The notes: generated by a model from the sequence alone, not told the origin. A DNA stretch of 64,000 nucleotides from Brevundimonas sp. (GCA_046291915.1 JBKBSD010000005.1:98292-162291), one strand, 5' to 3'. Counted from the stretch's first letter, positions 28,767 through 38,847 are shown. Numbers and translations: made by a program.

Positions 28767-30860
28767 ATGATCGGAACCAGCCTCGCGGCCGCCCTGGCCC
28801 TGTTTGCCCCCGCGCCCGAGAGCCTGCTGCCGCAGGAAGTGCCCTACTCCGCCTCCGCTCCCGCAGCGCCGGTCAGCAACCAGCCGCGTACGCTGAGCGA
28901 TCAGGACACCGTCCTCTTCCGTCAGGGGCTCGCCGCGGCGCGCGCCCGCGATGCGTCAGGCGCTCGCGCCGCCATGGCCCAGATCAGCGATCCCGCCGCG
29001 CGCAAGCTGGTGGAATGGGCGCTGCTGGACACCTCCGCTGACTCCCTCTCGTGGGGCGATCTCGCGGATGCGCAAACCCGCTTCGCCGGCTGGCCGCGCG
29101 CGGACAGCCGCCGTCAGGCGACAGAAAAGGCGCTGGACCGCGCCTATGCCGGACCGGACGCCGCCATCGCCCTGTTCGGGCGCGATGCGCCGACGACGGT
29201 GCAGGGCGCCATCACCCTGGCCGATGCGCTGGACCAGCGCGGTCGGGGCGACGAGGCGCGCCGACTCATCAGGGATTGGTGGCGGACCCGATCGTTCGAC
29301 GCCGACCAGCAGTCGCGCATCCTGACCCGCTGGGGTTCGACCCTGACCCAGGACGACCACGACGCCCGGCTGAACGTACTGATTCTGGGCCCGCACGGCC
29401 CGGCGACCCGCGCCATGGTTTCGCTGGCCTCGCCCGAGCGTCAGGCCGTCGCCAATGCCGTGATGGCGCTGCGCACCGCCTACAGTCCTGACGCCGTCGT
29501 CGCTGGCCTGTCGCCGTCGCAGGCGGTGGATCCGGCCGTGGCGCTTGAACGGGTCCGGATCTTGCGGTCGCAGAACCGTCAGTCGGAAGCCTTCCCGATC
29601 CTGCGCTACCTGCCCGCCGCGCCGGCCTCGACCGACGCCCAGAACACCCTGTGGAGCGAGCGCCGGAACTATTTCCTCGACGCCCTGCAGGCCCGCAACT
29701 GGCAGGCCGCCTATGACGCCTTCAACGGCCACGGCTTCCCCGGCGGAGACCGCAAGGTGGACGCCGAATTCTTCGCCGGCTGGGTCGCCCTGACCAAGCT
29801 GAACGATGCGGCGCGGGCGACGCAGCATTTCGAGACCCTGCGCCAGACCTCCACCACGCCGATCACCCAGGGGCGCGCCCTCTACTGGCTGGGTCGCTCG
29901 GCCGAGGCCCAGGGCAATGTCCCGGCGGCGGTGAACTATTATCAGGCCGGATCGCGCCACTATCAGACCTTCTACGGTCAGCTGGCCGCCGAGAAGGCCG
30001 GACAGACGTCAATCACCCTGCCCGCTGACCCGACCCCGTCGGACACCGACCGCGCGGCCTTCGAAGGCAACGAGATCGTCCGCGCCTGGCGCATCCTGGG
30101 CGAAACCGGCGAGACCAGCCTGTTCCGGGTCTTCGCCTACCAGCTGGACGACGACGTCCCGACGGTCGAGCAGCTGGCGCTGATGATGGACACATCACGG
30201 GGATACGGCGAGGGCTTCACCGCCATGATGATCGGCCGCGCCGCCAGCCAGCGCGGCTATCTGCTGCCCGAGCGCCAGTATCCGATCCGCATCCCGCCGG
30301 TCGTTCCGGGCGCCGCGCCGCAGGAGTTCACCCAGGCGATCACGCGCCAGGAATCCAGCTTTGACCCGCGCGCCCGCTCGCACGCAAACGCCCGGGGCAT
30401 GATGCAATTCCTGCCCGCCACCGGTCGCGGCGTCGCACGCCAGCTTGGGCTGCCTTTCTCGGAAGAGCGGCTCTACGACGCCGATTTCAACATGACGCTG
30501 GGCAGCTTCCACCTGGGCGATCTGATGAGCAACTTCGGCGGCTCGATGCTGCTGACGACGGTGGCCTACAACGCCGGTCCCGCCCGTCCGCCGCAGTGGA
30601 TTGCGCGCTGTGGCGATCCGCGCGGGGGCACGGTCGATCCGATCGACTTCATCGAGTGCGCGCCGTTCACCGAGACGCGCAACTACATGATGCGGGTCAT
30701 GGAGAATATGTCGATCTACAAGGCCCGCCTGAACGGCGGCACGGCGCCCCTGACCCTGACGCAGGACATCCGTCGCGGCGTGCCGCGCGGGGCCCAGCCC
30801 TATGCGACGGTGTCGGGCGAAGAGCCGCTGCGAACGCCGGACCCCGAACCCGGCGAGTAA
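28767..30860 (+). CDS. Soluble lytic murein transglycosylase (Slt70-like)
   Basis: Signal peptide, helical N-domain, RQESSF, ARGMMQFLP, AYNAGP, ETRNY. Confidence 0.92.
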   Translation: MIGTSLAAALALFAPAPESLLPQEVPYSASAPAAPVSNQPRTLSDQDTVLFRQGLAAARARDASGARAAMAQISDPAARKLVEWALLDTSADSLSWGDLADAQTRFAGWPRADSRRQATEKALDRAYAGPDAAIALFGRDAPTTVQGAITLADALDQRGRGDEARRLIRDWWRTRSFDADQQSRILTRWGSTLTQDDHDARLNVLILGPHGPATRAMVSLASPERQAVANAVMALRTAYSPDAVVAGLSPSQAVDPAVALERVRILRSQNRQSEAFPILRYLPAAPASTDAQNTLWSERRNYFLDALQARNWQAAYDAFNGHGFPGGDRKVDAEFFAGWVALTKLNDAARATQHFETLRQTSTTPITQGRALYWLGRSAEAQGNVPAAVNYYQAGSRHYQTFYGQLAAEKAGQTSITLPADPTPSDTDRAAFEGNEIVRAWRILGETGETSLFRVFAYQLDDDVPTVEQLALMMDTSRGYGEGFTAMMIGRAASQRGYLLPERQYPIRIPPVVPGAAPQEFTQAITRQESSFDPRARSHANARGMMQFLPATGRGVARQLGLPFSEERLYDADFNMTLGSFHLGDLMSNFGGSMLLTTVAYNAGPARPPQWIARCGDPRGGTVDPIDFIECAPFTETRNYMMRVMENMSIYKARLNGGTAPLTLTQDIRRGVPRGAQPYATVSGEEPLRTPDPEPGE

Positions 30861-31606
30861 CGCAGGCTGGACAGCAGCGGGCCATCCGGCCCGTCGATCC
30901 AGCGGGCGTTCAGGCCGAAGACACGGTTGAGGATATCCGGCGTCAGCGCCGCCAGAGGCTCCGCATCGGCGACGACCGCGCCCTGATCCAGGACGACGAT
31001 GCGGTCCGCGTAGCGGGCCGCCAGGGTCAGGTCGTGCAGGCTGACCAGCACCGCCTGTCCGTCACGGGCGCGCGACTTGAGGCGTTCCAGCACCAGCAGT
31101 TGGGCGTCCGGATCCAGACCGGCCACGGGCTCATCCGCCAAGAGGGCCGTCGCATCGGTCGCCAGCGCGCGCGCCAGCAGCACCCGCGCCCGTTCGCCGC
31201 CGGACATCTCCGCCACGCCCCGATCCGCCAGATGTCCCGCCTCCACCTCGTCGAGGGCGGCCTGCGCCGCGGCGAGAGCGCTTCCGCCGGACAGGAAGGG
31301 CGCGCCCAGGGCCGCGATCTCGATGGCGGGGAGGTTCCAGGCGATCCGACCGTCCTGCGGCAGGTAGGCGACCCGCGTGGCCCGGTCCCGCGCCGACAAC
31401 GCCGCGATGGCGTCTCCGCCCAGTCGGGCCGCGCCGGCTGTCAAAGGCAGCAACCCGGCCAGCGCCCGGATGACGCTGGACTTGCCCGCGCCGTTCGGGC
31501 CGACCACGGCGACCAGTTCCCCCGTCGCAATGGACAGGTCGACCGCATTCAGCACCTCTCGGCCGCCCAGACGCGCGGTCGCCTTGAGAAGCTCCAGCTC
31601 GCTCAC
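30800..31606 (-). CDS. ABC transporter ATP-binding protein (FecE/BtuD type)
   Basis: GPNGAGKS, MSGGERAR, LLADEP, SLHDL; GTGA overlap with permease stop. Confidence 0.9.
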   Translation of the reverse strand: MSELELLKATARLGGREVLNAVDLSIATGELVAVVGPNGAGKSSVIRALAGLLPLTAGAARLGGDAIAALSARDRATRVAYLPQDGRIAWNLPAIEIAALGAPFLSGGSALAAAQAALDEVEAGHLADRGVAEMSGGERARVLLARALATDATALLADEPVAGLDPDAQLLVLERLKSRARDGQAVLVSLHDLTLAARYADRIVVLDQGAVVADAEPLAALTPDILNRVFGLNARWIDGPDGPLLSSLRYSPGSGSGVRSGSSPDTVA

Positions 31607-32583
31607 AGCCGCCACTCCCGCGCCGCACGCCAGGCGATCAGGGCGAACAGGGGCGCGCCGATCAGGGCGGTGAAGACGCCCAGTTTCAGTTCCTGATCCG
31701 TCGGCGTGATCCGGGCCAGCAGATCGGCGCCGACCAGCATCAGTCCGCCCGCCAGCGCCGCCGGCGCCAGGATCTTCGCCGGATCCCCCCGCACCGCCGT
31801 GCGCACCAGATGCGGCGCGGCCAGTCCGACGAAACCGATCACGCCCGACACGGCCACCGCGGCCCCGGTCGCCAGCGCCGCCGCCGCCAGGGCCAGCAGA
31901 CGCAGCCGCGCCATCGGCAGGCCCGAGGTCCGGGCCGTCTCCTCACCGAGGGTCAGCATCTTCAGACCCGGGGCCGCCAGAACGGACAGGCCCGCTGAAA
32001 GGGCGACCGCCGGGGTGACCCAAAGCACGTCGGTCCAGCTGCGGTTCTGAACGGAGCCCAGCAACCAGCTCATGACCTCGGCCTGGGCGATGGGCGACGG
32101 CGACAGGTTGAAGATCAGGGCAGTCGCGGCGCCCGCGAAACTGGACACCGCCACGCCGAACAGGATCAGGGCCTCCGGCGAACGCACCCGCGCCGAAAAG
32201 AGGATCAACAGGCCGCCCGCCAGACCCGCGCCGGCCAGGGCGGAAACCTCTACCGCGCCGGGCAAGGCGGCCGCCCCCAGAACGATGGCGCTCGCCGCGC
32301 CCAGCGCTGCGACAGCCGAGACGCCCAGCACGCCCGGATCGGCGAGCGGATTCCGGAGCAGGCCCTGCATCACCGCGCCTGCCAGCCCCAGCGCGGCGCC
32401 GACCATCAGGGCGGTCAGGGCGCGGGGCGCCCGCACGGCCCACAGCACCTCGCCGGGACCGGACGACGGATCGCGGAAGGCCGCGCCGATCTGCGCCGCC
32501 GTCAACGGGCTCTCACCCAGCGCGACGGCCAGCACCACGGCGACGGCCAGGGCCGCCAGCAGCCACAGGATCAGCCGCGTCAC
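31603..32583 (-). CDS. FecCD/BtuC family ABC permease
   Basis: QGLLRNPLADPGVLGVS, GVIGFVGLAAPH. Confidence 0.92.
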   Translation of the reverse strand: MTRLILWLLAALAVAVVLAVALGESPLTAAQIGAAFRDPSSGPGEVLWAVRAPRALTALMVGAALGLAGAVMQGLLRNPLADPGVLGVSAVAALGAASAIVLGAAALPGAVEVSALAGAGLAGGLLILFSARVRSPEALILFGVAVSSFAGAATALIFNLSPSPIAQAEVMSWLLGSVQNRSWTDVLWVTPAVALSAGLSVLAAPGLKMLTLGEETARTSGLPMARLRLLALAAAALATGAAVAVSGVIGFVGLAAPHLVRTAVRGDPAKILAPAALAGGLMLVGADLLARITPTDQELKLGVFTALIGAPLFALIAWRAAREWRL

Positions 32584-33380
32584 CGTTCGCCCTCACTCAG
32601 CAGGAGGGCGGCGTCGGCGGCGAACCATGCGGGGCAGGTCAGGGCCGCGGCGGGCAGTGTCGCGGCCACCCGGCCCTCGGCGGCGCGACGCACGACCGGA
32701 TGCCGACCCGGCCCGCGCCAGTCGCCCCGGGCCTGATCAAAGAAGCCGAGAACGAAGCGCAGCGGCGGAAACAGGGCGATCCGTTCGACGCTGACCGGGT
32801 TGAAGTAAGGCTTGTCGGCGGCGTTGCGGAACCCGGCGGCGCTGAAGATGGCGTCGATCAGGGTCTCCTTGCCCGCGGTGAAGCCGCCCGCAGTCAGGTA
32901 GAGCGCCGTGGGCCGTTCCGATGTCTTCGGCGCAGCCCGGGCCAGTCGCGCGTCCATCCGGCGGATCAGGTCCTCGCCGCGCGCCTGGGCGTCCAGGGCT
33001 TTCGCGACGATGCGAAGATTGGCGCGTATTCCGTTGAAATCGGTGGCGTCGGCGATCAGCGCCGTCGGCGTTCCTCGCCCTTCCAGTCGCGCCAGCAGTC
33101 GGGGTTCGCCGCCCCAGTACCGGACCACCACATCGGGCCGGAAGGTCACCGCGGCTTCCAGCGTCGGACGGACGCGCGCCCTGCCCTTCGCGGACGCTCT
33201 CAGCCAGGCGTCGGGATCATCGGCGCGCGGCGACAACGCCAACTCGGCGTCCGGCCTCAGGGCCAGCACATACTGGTCGGCGCACTGGTCCAGCGACATG
33301 ATCCGTAGCGGCCGGGCCTCCACGGCGCCGGCGCCCACGATCAATAGCCCCCCGGCGGCGACGGCCGCCAGCCGCCTCAA
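32580..33380 (-). CDS. ABC substrate-binding protein (cobalamin/Fe-chelate type)
   Basis: Signal peptide, RIMSLDQCADQYVLAL; in operon with FecCD permease and ATPase. Confidence 0.82.
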   Translation of the reverse strand: MRRLAAVAAGGLLIVGAGAVEARPLRIMSLDQCADQYVLALRPDAELALSPRADDPDAWLRASAKGRARVRPTLEAAVTFRPDVVVRYWGGEPRLLARLEGRGTPTALIADATDFNGIRANLRIVAKALDAQARGEDLIRRMDARLARAAPKTSERPTALYLTAGGFTAGKETLIDAIFSAAGFRNAADKPYFNPVSVERIALFPPLRFVLGFFDQARGDWRGPGRHPVVRRAAEGRVAATLPAAALTCPAWFAADAALLLSEGER

Positions 33381-34006
33381 GGCTTGAGCAGGCCGATGAA
33401 AAGCCCCTCCAGCATCGTCTTCGCCAGATGGTCGTGCTCGACCCAGTCGAAATAGGGCTTGGCGATGATCAGCGAGATGACCCCGTGTCCTCCCGCCCAG
33501 AAAGCTTGCGCCGTCGTCCTCGCGTCGCCGCGCAGCCGCCCGGCGGCTTCCAGCTCGCCGATCACCTTTTCGAAGATGGCGAACAGTTCGCCGCCCATCT
33601 CGCGCGCGGCCGACTGGGCGCCTTCGCGCAGTTCCGCGGGGCTGGTCATATAGACCAGACGGTAGGCGTTGGGGTTGGCGAAGCCAAAATCGATGTAGGC
33701 GCGCATCATCTTGCGCATCCGGTCCTCGGGCGAGCCGGCTTCGGCGATGGCGGCGCGGTTGGCGGCCAGCAGGGACTCAAACGTCTGCCGACAGATCTCC
33801 TGCAGGATTTCGCCCTTCTCGGAGAAGTGCATATAGAGCGCGGTCGAGGACAGGCCGACCTCGTCCGCGATCTTGCGGATCGTCGCCCCCTCATAGCCAT
33901 GCTCGACGAAGATGCGCTCCGCAGCGGCGAGAATCTCGGCGCGGCGTTCATGGCCTTCGCCCTTGGGCTTGCGGGCGGACTTGGCGCTGGAAGGGGTGTC
34001 GGTCAC
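33377..34006 (-). CDS. TetR family transcriptional regulator
   Basis: GYEGATIRKIADEVGLSSTALYMHF HTH; GTG start inferred. Confidence 0.9.
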   Translation of the reverse strand: MTDTPSSAKSARKPKGEGHERRAEILAAAERIFVEHGYEGATIRKIADEVGLSSTALYMHFSEKGEILQEICRQTFESLLAANRAAIAEAGSPEDRMRKMMRAYIDFGFANPNAYRLVYMTSPAELREGAQSAAREMGGELFAIFEKVIGELEAAGRLRGDARTTAQAFWAGGHGVISLIIAKPYFDWVEHDHLAKTMLEGLFIGLLKP

Positions 34007-34076
34007 GCACGGCTCCGATGGTCTGCGTCCTGAATAGCGGGTTTCCCGGTCAACCGCCAAGCGGTTGCAACCACCC

Positions 34077-34091
34077 TTAAGCTTGCGTTAA
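34077..34091. promoter_or_regulatory. CtrA binding site
   Basis: TTAA-GCTTGCG-TTAA(C), exact TTAA-N7-TTAA between divergent TetR and GT2 genes. Confidence 0.75.
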
Positions 34092-34094
34092 CTC

Positions 34095-35561
34095 TTGCGT
34101 GTGGATCGGAGACGATACAGCGAAAGAGGGAATGCGGGGGTCGAAATTCCGACCTCTCCGCTTTCGCGCGCCCACAGCGCCGCCCGCCGAAGTCTGTCCG
34201 GGGGGCAGTGGGCGTTGCTGTTGATCGCGGGGGCCGGCCTTGTCTGGATGGCGGGCCATCTCTCGCCGGCCCTGTTCGAGCGGTCCGCCATGGTCGCGGG
34301 ATTCGGCTTCCTGTTTGTCGCCGGGTGGAGATGCCTTCTGGTGGTGACCAGTCTGGAAAAGCCGCCGATGGCGCCCCAGCCTGACCTCTGGCCGCGCTAC
34401 ACCATCCTTGCGGCCCTGCATGACGAGGCCGAGGTGGTCGAGCAACTGATCGGGCGGCTCGCCCTGATCGACTATCCGGCGGACCGGCTGCAGGGCTTTC
34501 TGGTGCTGGAGGCGCATGACGCGGCGACCTTGGCCGCCGCCCGGGCCGCAACCCGCCCGGACTGGCTGGAGATCTTCGTCGCGCCGCCGGGCAAGCCCGG
34601 CACCAAGCCACGCGCCCTGAACTGCGCCCTGCCCCACGCGACCGGCGATCTGGTCACCGTCTATGACGCCGAGGACGCCCCCGATCCGGGCCAGTTGAAG
34701 GAGGCCGCGGCACGGTTCGTGGCGGATATGGACGGGCGCCTCGCCTGTCTGCAGGCCCCGCTGAGGATAAGGGCCGCCGCGGGCTCCACCTCCCCCTTCA
34801 TCGATCGCCAGTTCGCCGCGGAATACGCGGGTCTGTTCGAGGCGACCCTGCCCGGCATGGCGCGACTGGGCCTGCCCTTCCCGCTGGGCGGCACCAGCAA
34901 CCATTTCCGCGTCGATGTGCTGCGCGCCGTCGGCGGATGGGACTCGTGGAATGTCACCGAGGATGCCGATCTCGGCTTTCGGCTGTGGCGTGGGGGCTGG
35001 CGGACCGGCGTCATCACCCGCCCGACATGGGAAACGCCGCCGGGTCGGCTGTACGACTGGCTGCCGCAGCGCACCCGCTGGCTGAAGGGATACATGCAGA
35101 CCTGGGGCGTGCACACGCGCGACCTGCTCGCCCTTGGGCCGCGAGGGCTGTTCGCGATGGTGATGACGCTGGGCGTCGCCCTGTCGTCGGCGGCGCTGTA
35201 CGGCCCGACCCTGTCGTGGGTCGTCGCCTCCCTGCTGGTCGCGGCCACCGCGGGTCTGGCGCCGGAGGCTTCGCCTCTCGCGATCAGCGTGCTGGGGCTG
35301 GGCGCGACGACTGCATGGCTGTCGTGCAAGTTCGGCGCGGTGCGCGCGGGGATCCCTTACGGGCCGTGGGACATGATCCGCGCCCCGCTTTACTGGTGCC
35401 TGCTCAGCCTCGCGTTCAGCCACGCCTTCTGGCGTTTGCTGGCCGAGCCCTTCGCCTGGGACAAGACCCGTCACCGGCGTGAGCCTAACGCCGCGCTGGA
35501 CGAGGCGGGGGCGGACCGCCTATCAGCGGCCCATGTCTCCGCGCCTGAACCCGTCGCCTGA
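34095..35561 (+). CDS. Membrane glycosyltransferase family 2
   Basis: TKPRALN, YDAED, GGTSNHF, NVTEDADLG, QRTRW; flanking TMs; true start may be downstream. Confidence 0.88.
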   Translation: MRVDRRRYSERGNAGVEIPTSPLSRAHSAARRSLSGGQWALLLIAGAGLVWMAGHLSPALFERSAMVAGFGFLFVAGWRCLLVVTSLEKPPMAPQPDLWPRYTILAALHDEAEVVEQLIGRLALIDYPADRLQGFLVLEAHDAATLAAARAATRPDWLEIFVAPPGKPGTKPRALNCALPHATGDLVTVYDAEDAPDPGQLKEAAARFVADMDGRLACLQAPLRIRAAAGSTSPFIDRQFAAEYAGLFEATLPGMARLGLPFPLGGTSNHFRVDVLRAVGGWDSWNVTEDADLGFRLWRGGWRTGVITRPTWETPPGRLYDWLPQRTRWLKGYMQTWGVHTRDLLALGPRGLFAMVMTLGVALSSAALYGPTLSWVVASLLVAATAGLAPEASPLAISVLGLGATTAWLSCKFGAVRAGIPYGPWDMIRAPLYWCLLSLAFSHAFWRLLAEPFAWDKTRHRREPNAALDEAGADRLSAAHVSAPEPVA

Positions 35562-36471
35562 AACGCTCTTCACCCGAGGTTGGGAAGACTACGCCCTGCT
35601 CGACAGCGGTCATGGCCGCAAGCTGGAGCGCTACGGGCGGTTCACTGTCGTCCGCCCCGAGCCCCAGTGCTTCTGGGCCCCGCGTGATCCGGCCGCCTTC
35701 GACAAGGCCGACGCCGTCTTCGACCCGCAGGCGCAGGACGATGATGACGACGGCCGCTGGCGCTTTTCCGGCAAGGCGGTCGACACCTTCCCGCTGGCTT
35801 GGCGCGACGTGCGCTTCACCGGTCGTTTCACCCCCTTCCGCCACCTCGCCTTCTTCCCGGAGCAGGCGGCGAACTGGGAATGGCTGGACGCGCGGGTGCG
35901 GACGCTCTCGCGCTCAAGTCGCCCCAAGGGCGGTAGCGCACCGAAGACTGCGCCCAAGGTGCTCAATCTGTTCGGCTATACCGGCGTCGCCAGCCTGGCC
36001 TGTTCGGCGGCGGGCGCCGAGGTGACCCACGTCGACGCTTCCAAGAAGTCGGTCGCCTATGCCCGCGAGAACGCCGAGCAGTCCGGTCTTGCCGACCGTC
36101 CGATCCGCTGGATCGTCGAGGACTGCCGCAAATATGTGGCGCGTGAGGTCCGGCGGGGCGTGAAATACGACGGCATCATCCTCGACCCGCCCAAATACGG
36201 GCGCGGGCCGACGGGCGAGGTCTGGCGGCTGTTCGAGGACCTGCCCGGCCTGCTGAAGGACTGCGCGGCCCTGCTGTCGGACGACGCCTCCTTCCTGCTG
36301 CTCAACGCCTACGCGGCGCGCATCTCGGGTCTGTCGCTGTCGCATATGATGGCGGAGGCCACCGCGGATCGGGGCGGCGTGATCGACTGGGGCGAGCTGG
36401 CCCTGGCCGAGCACGGACCCGACGGGCGCGCCATCGGCCTGAGCTTCTTCGCCCGATGGAGCGGCCAATGA
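35533..36471 (+). CDS. Class I SAM-dependent methyltransferase (RlmI/RlmK-like)
   Basis: YALLDSG.GRKLERYG, VLNLFGYTG, ILDPPKYGRG. Confidence 0.88.
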   Translation: MSPRLNPSPETLFTRGWEDYALLDSGHGRKLERYGRFTVVRPEPQCFWAPRDPAAFDKADAVFDPQAQDDDDDGRWRFSGKAVDTFPLAWRDVRFTGRFTPFRHLAFFPEQAANWEWLDARVRTLSRSSRPKGGSAPKTAPKVLNLFGYTGVASLACSAAGAEVTHVDASKKSVAYARENAEQSGLADRPIRWIVEDCRKYVAREVRRGVKYDGIILDPPKYGRGPTGEVWRLFEDLPGLLKDCAALLSDDASFLLLNAYAARISGLSLSHMMAEATADRGGVIDWGELALAEHGPDGRAIGLSFFARWSGQ

Positions 36472-37277
36472 GCGCCCATCCGTCCGATCGCCTGATCACC
36501 TCCCTGACCAATGACACGGTCAAGAACGTCCGCGCCCTCAACATGCGCAAGGAGCGCGAGAGCACGGGCCGCTTCCTGGCCGAGGGCCTGAAATTCATCG
36601 GCGAAGCGCTGGATCAGGGCCGCACGCCTGAGCTGCTGCTGGTCGGCATGGAGGCGCGGGAGCATCCCCTGCTGGACCGGGCCAAGGCCGAGACCCGCGC
36701 CGCCGGCGGCGAGGTGGTCACCGTCACCCACCCGATCCTCGAGAAGATCAGCCGCCGGGACAATCCGCAGACCGTGCTGGGCGTCTTCAAGCAGGTCTAC
36801 ACCCCCCTGTCGGCGATTAATCCGAAGAGCGCGCCCTGCTGGGTGGCGCTGGAGCAGGTGCGCGATCCGGGCAATCTGGGCACCATCATCCGCACCGCCG
36901 ACGCGGCGGGCTGTGGCGGGGTGATCCTGATCGACGACTGCGTCGACCCCTATTCGACGGAGGCCGTGCGGGCGACCATGGGCTCGGTCTTCGCCGTGGC
37001 TATCGCCAGGGCGACCTCGGCCGAGTTCCTCGCCTGGCGCCAGACCTGGCCGGGCAGCGTGATCGGCACCCGCCTGGACGCGACCCACGGCTATCGCGAC
37101 GCCGCGCTCCAGCATCCGGCCCTGATCCTGATGGGCAATGAGCAGGCGGGGCTGACCGACACCCTCGCCGCCGCCTGCGACGTCAACGTCAAGATCCCCA
37201 TGCGCGGCCGGGCCGACAGCCTGAACCTGGCCATCGCCACGGGCGTCATGGTCTATGCGGTGACCGACGCGGCCTGA
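36468..37277 (+). CDS. TrmH/SpoU family RNA methyltransferase
   Basis: RDPGNLGTIIRTADA, MGNEQAG, IPMRGRADSLN. Confidence 0.92.
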   Translation: MSAHPSDRLITSLTNDTVKNVRALNMRKERESTGRFLAEGLKFIGEALDQGRTPELLLVGMEAREHPLLDRAKAETRAAGGEVVTVTHPILEKISRRDNPQTVLGVFKQVYTPLSAINPKSAPCWVALEQVRDPGNLGTIIRTADAAGCGGVILIDDCVDPYSTEAVRATMGSVFAVAIARATSAEFLAWRQTWPGSVIGTRLDATHGYRDAALQHPALILMGNEQAGLTDTLAAACDVNVKIPMRGRADSLNLAIATGVMVYAVTDAA

Positions 37278-37345
37278 GAGGGCCTCCGCCAGCATGACGG
37301 GAGTTTCACTTGCCCGGACGACGCGGACGGCGGAGCTTCGCCGTC

Positions 37346-38497
37346 ATGCGCATCCTGCTGATCCTCGCCGCCCTCCTCCCCTTCGCCGGCCCGGTACGGG
37401 CGCAGACGCCCGAGCGGCCGCCCGAAGCGTACCGCGAGGACGCGCAATCGATCGAGGGGCTGATCAACGCCAACTACGCCTATCTGGACCGCTTCCCGGG
37501 CGGGACGATGCCGATGAGCGACGCCCTGCGGGCCGAGGCGGCGGCGGTGCACGACCGCGCCTCCCTGCTGCTCTATGCCGAGCACGCCCTGACGGCGCTG
37601 GCGGACCCTCATGCGATCACCGGCAGTTCGTTCCGCGACAGCTGGGCGGTGACGCCGAGCTATTCGGACCTGTGGGTCGAGCGACAAGGCGACGTCTGGC
37701 GCATCACCGCCGTCCGTGAAGGCTCGCCCGCCGAGGCCGCCGGCGTGCGCGCGGGGCAGAGGCTCGACGCCGTGGGGGGTGAGACGACGACGCAGGCCGT
37801 GCGCGCCTTCTGGGCCGGGCTGGGGCTGGAGCCCGGCGGAGACCGGGACGGCTATGCGGCGCGCGTGCTGGCGGCGGGGCGACGGGACCGCGAGCGGGAC
37901 CTGACGATCTCCGGTCGGCGGCTGCGCCTGTCCAACCTCTATGCGACCTCCCGCGACCGCCCGCCCGTGACGGTCAGCGAGGACGGGCCGACGCGGGTCA
38001 TCCGCTTCAACGACTCGCTGGGGAACAGCGCCACCGTCGCGGCCTTTGACACGGCCATGGCCGGGGCGCGCCCGGGGCAGCCGATCCGCATCGACCTGAC
38101 CGACACGGCCAGCGGGGGCAACACCTCCGTCGCCCGGGCGATCATGGGCTGGTTCGTCAGCGAGGCCCGGCCCTACCAGATCCACAACCTGCCCGCCGAA
38201 GAGCGCGAGACGGGCGTGCCGCGCCAGTGGGTCGAACAGGTCCTGCCGCGCGCGGGCAAACACCACGACGGCCCGGTCACGGTGCGGGTCGGGCGCTGGA
38301 CCGGCAGCATGGGCGAAGGGCTGGCCATCGGGATGGACGCCCTGGGCGCTCTGGTCATCGGGGACCGGATGGCGGGCCTGCTGGGCGCCGTCTACGACCT
38401 GCGGCTGGAGCGGTCCGGTCTGGTCCTCAAGCTCCCGGCGGAGCGGCTTTACGCCGTCGACGGCACGCCGAGAGAGGCGTTCGTGGCCGGCCGCTAG
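37346..38497 (+). CDS. Exported S41-family peptidase-like protein
   Basis: Signal peptide, PDZ-like GSPAEAAGVRAG, IDL...GGN, TGSMGE. Confidence 0.7.
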   Translation: MRILLILAALLPFAGPVRAQTPERPPEAYREDAQSIEGLINANYAYLDRFPGGTMPMSDALRAEAAAVHDRASLLLYAEHALTALADPHAITGSSFRDSWAVTPSYSDLWVERQGDVWRITAVREGSPAEAAGVRAGQRLDAVGGETTTQAVRAFWAGLGLEPGGDRDGYAARVLAAGRRDRERDLTISGRRLRLSNLYATSRDRPPVTVSEDGPTRVIRFNDSLGNSATVAAFDTAMAGARPGQPIRIDLTDTASGGNTSVARAIMGWFVSEARPYQIHNLPAEERETGVPRQWVEQVLPRAGKHHDGPVTVRVGRWTGSMGEGLAIGMDALGALVIGDRMAGLLGAVYDLRLERSGLVLKLPAERLYAVDGTPREAFVAGR

Positions 38498-38847
38498 AAG
38501 CTTCGGCCGTCCACGCGCTGGGCGGTCCAGCTGAAAGGTTCGATATCCGTCAGTGTACGGATGTTCACCGCCACCATGGGACCGTTCGGGCTTTCGCCGC
38601 GGGCGAAGGTCTGGACGCCGCAGGTCTGGCAGAAGCGGTGATGGATCTTGTGGCTGTTGAACAGATAGGCCGTCTGCGGTCCCTCCTTCAGCACCCGGAA
38701 GGCGGCAGGCTGGACGAAGCCGAGCACCAGACCCTTGCGGGAACAGTGCGAGCAGTTGCACTCGACCAGGCCCTCGAGATCGGTGTCGACCTCAAAGGCC
38801 ACCGCGCCGCAGTGGCAGGAGCCCTGATGGGTCTGAACCTCGGTCAT
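38494..38847 (-). CDS. GFA/CENP-V family protein
   Basis: GSCHCGAV, CNCSHC, FCQTCG. Confidence 0.9.
   Translation of the reverse strand: MTEVQTHQGSCHCGAVAFEVDTDLEGLVECNCSHCSRKGLVLGFVQPAAFRVLKEGPQTAYLFNSHKIHHRFCQTCGVQTFARGESPNGPMVAVNIRTLTDIEPFSWTAQRVDGRSF

Noticed and set aside
31070-31081. Third CTCAAGTCGC match inside the ABC ATPase
   Set aside because: Encodes ordinary LKSR with no accompanying hairpin or apparent insertion; likely chance
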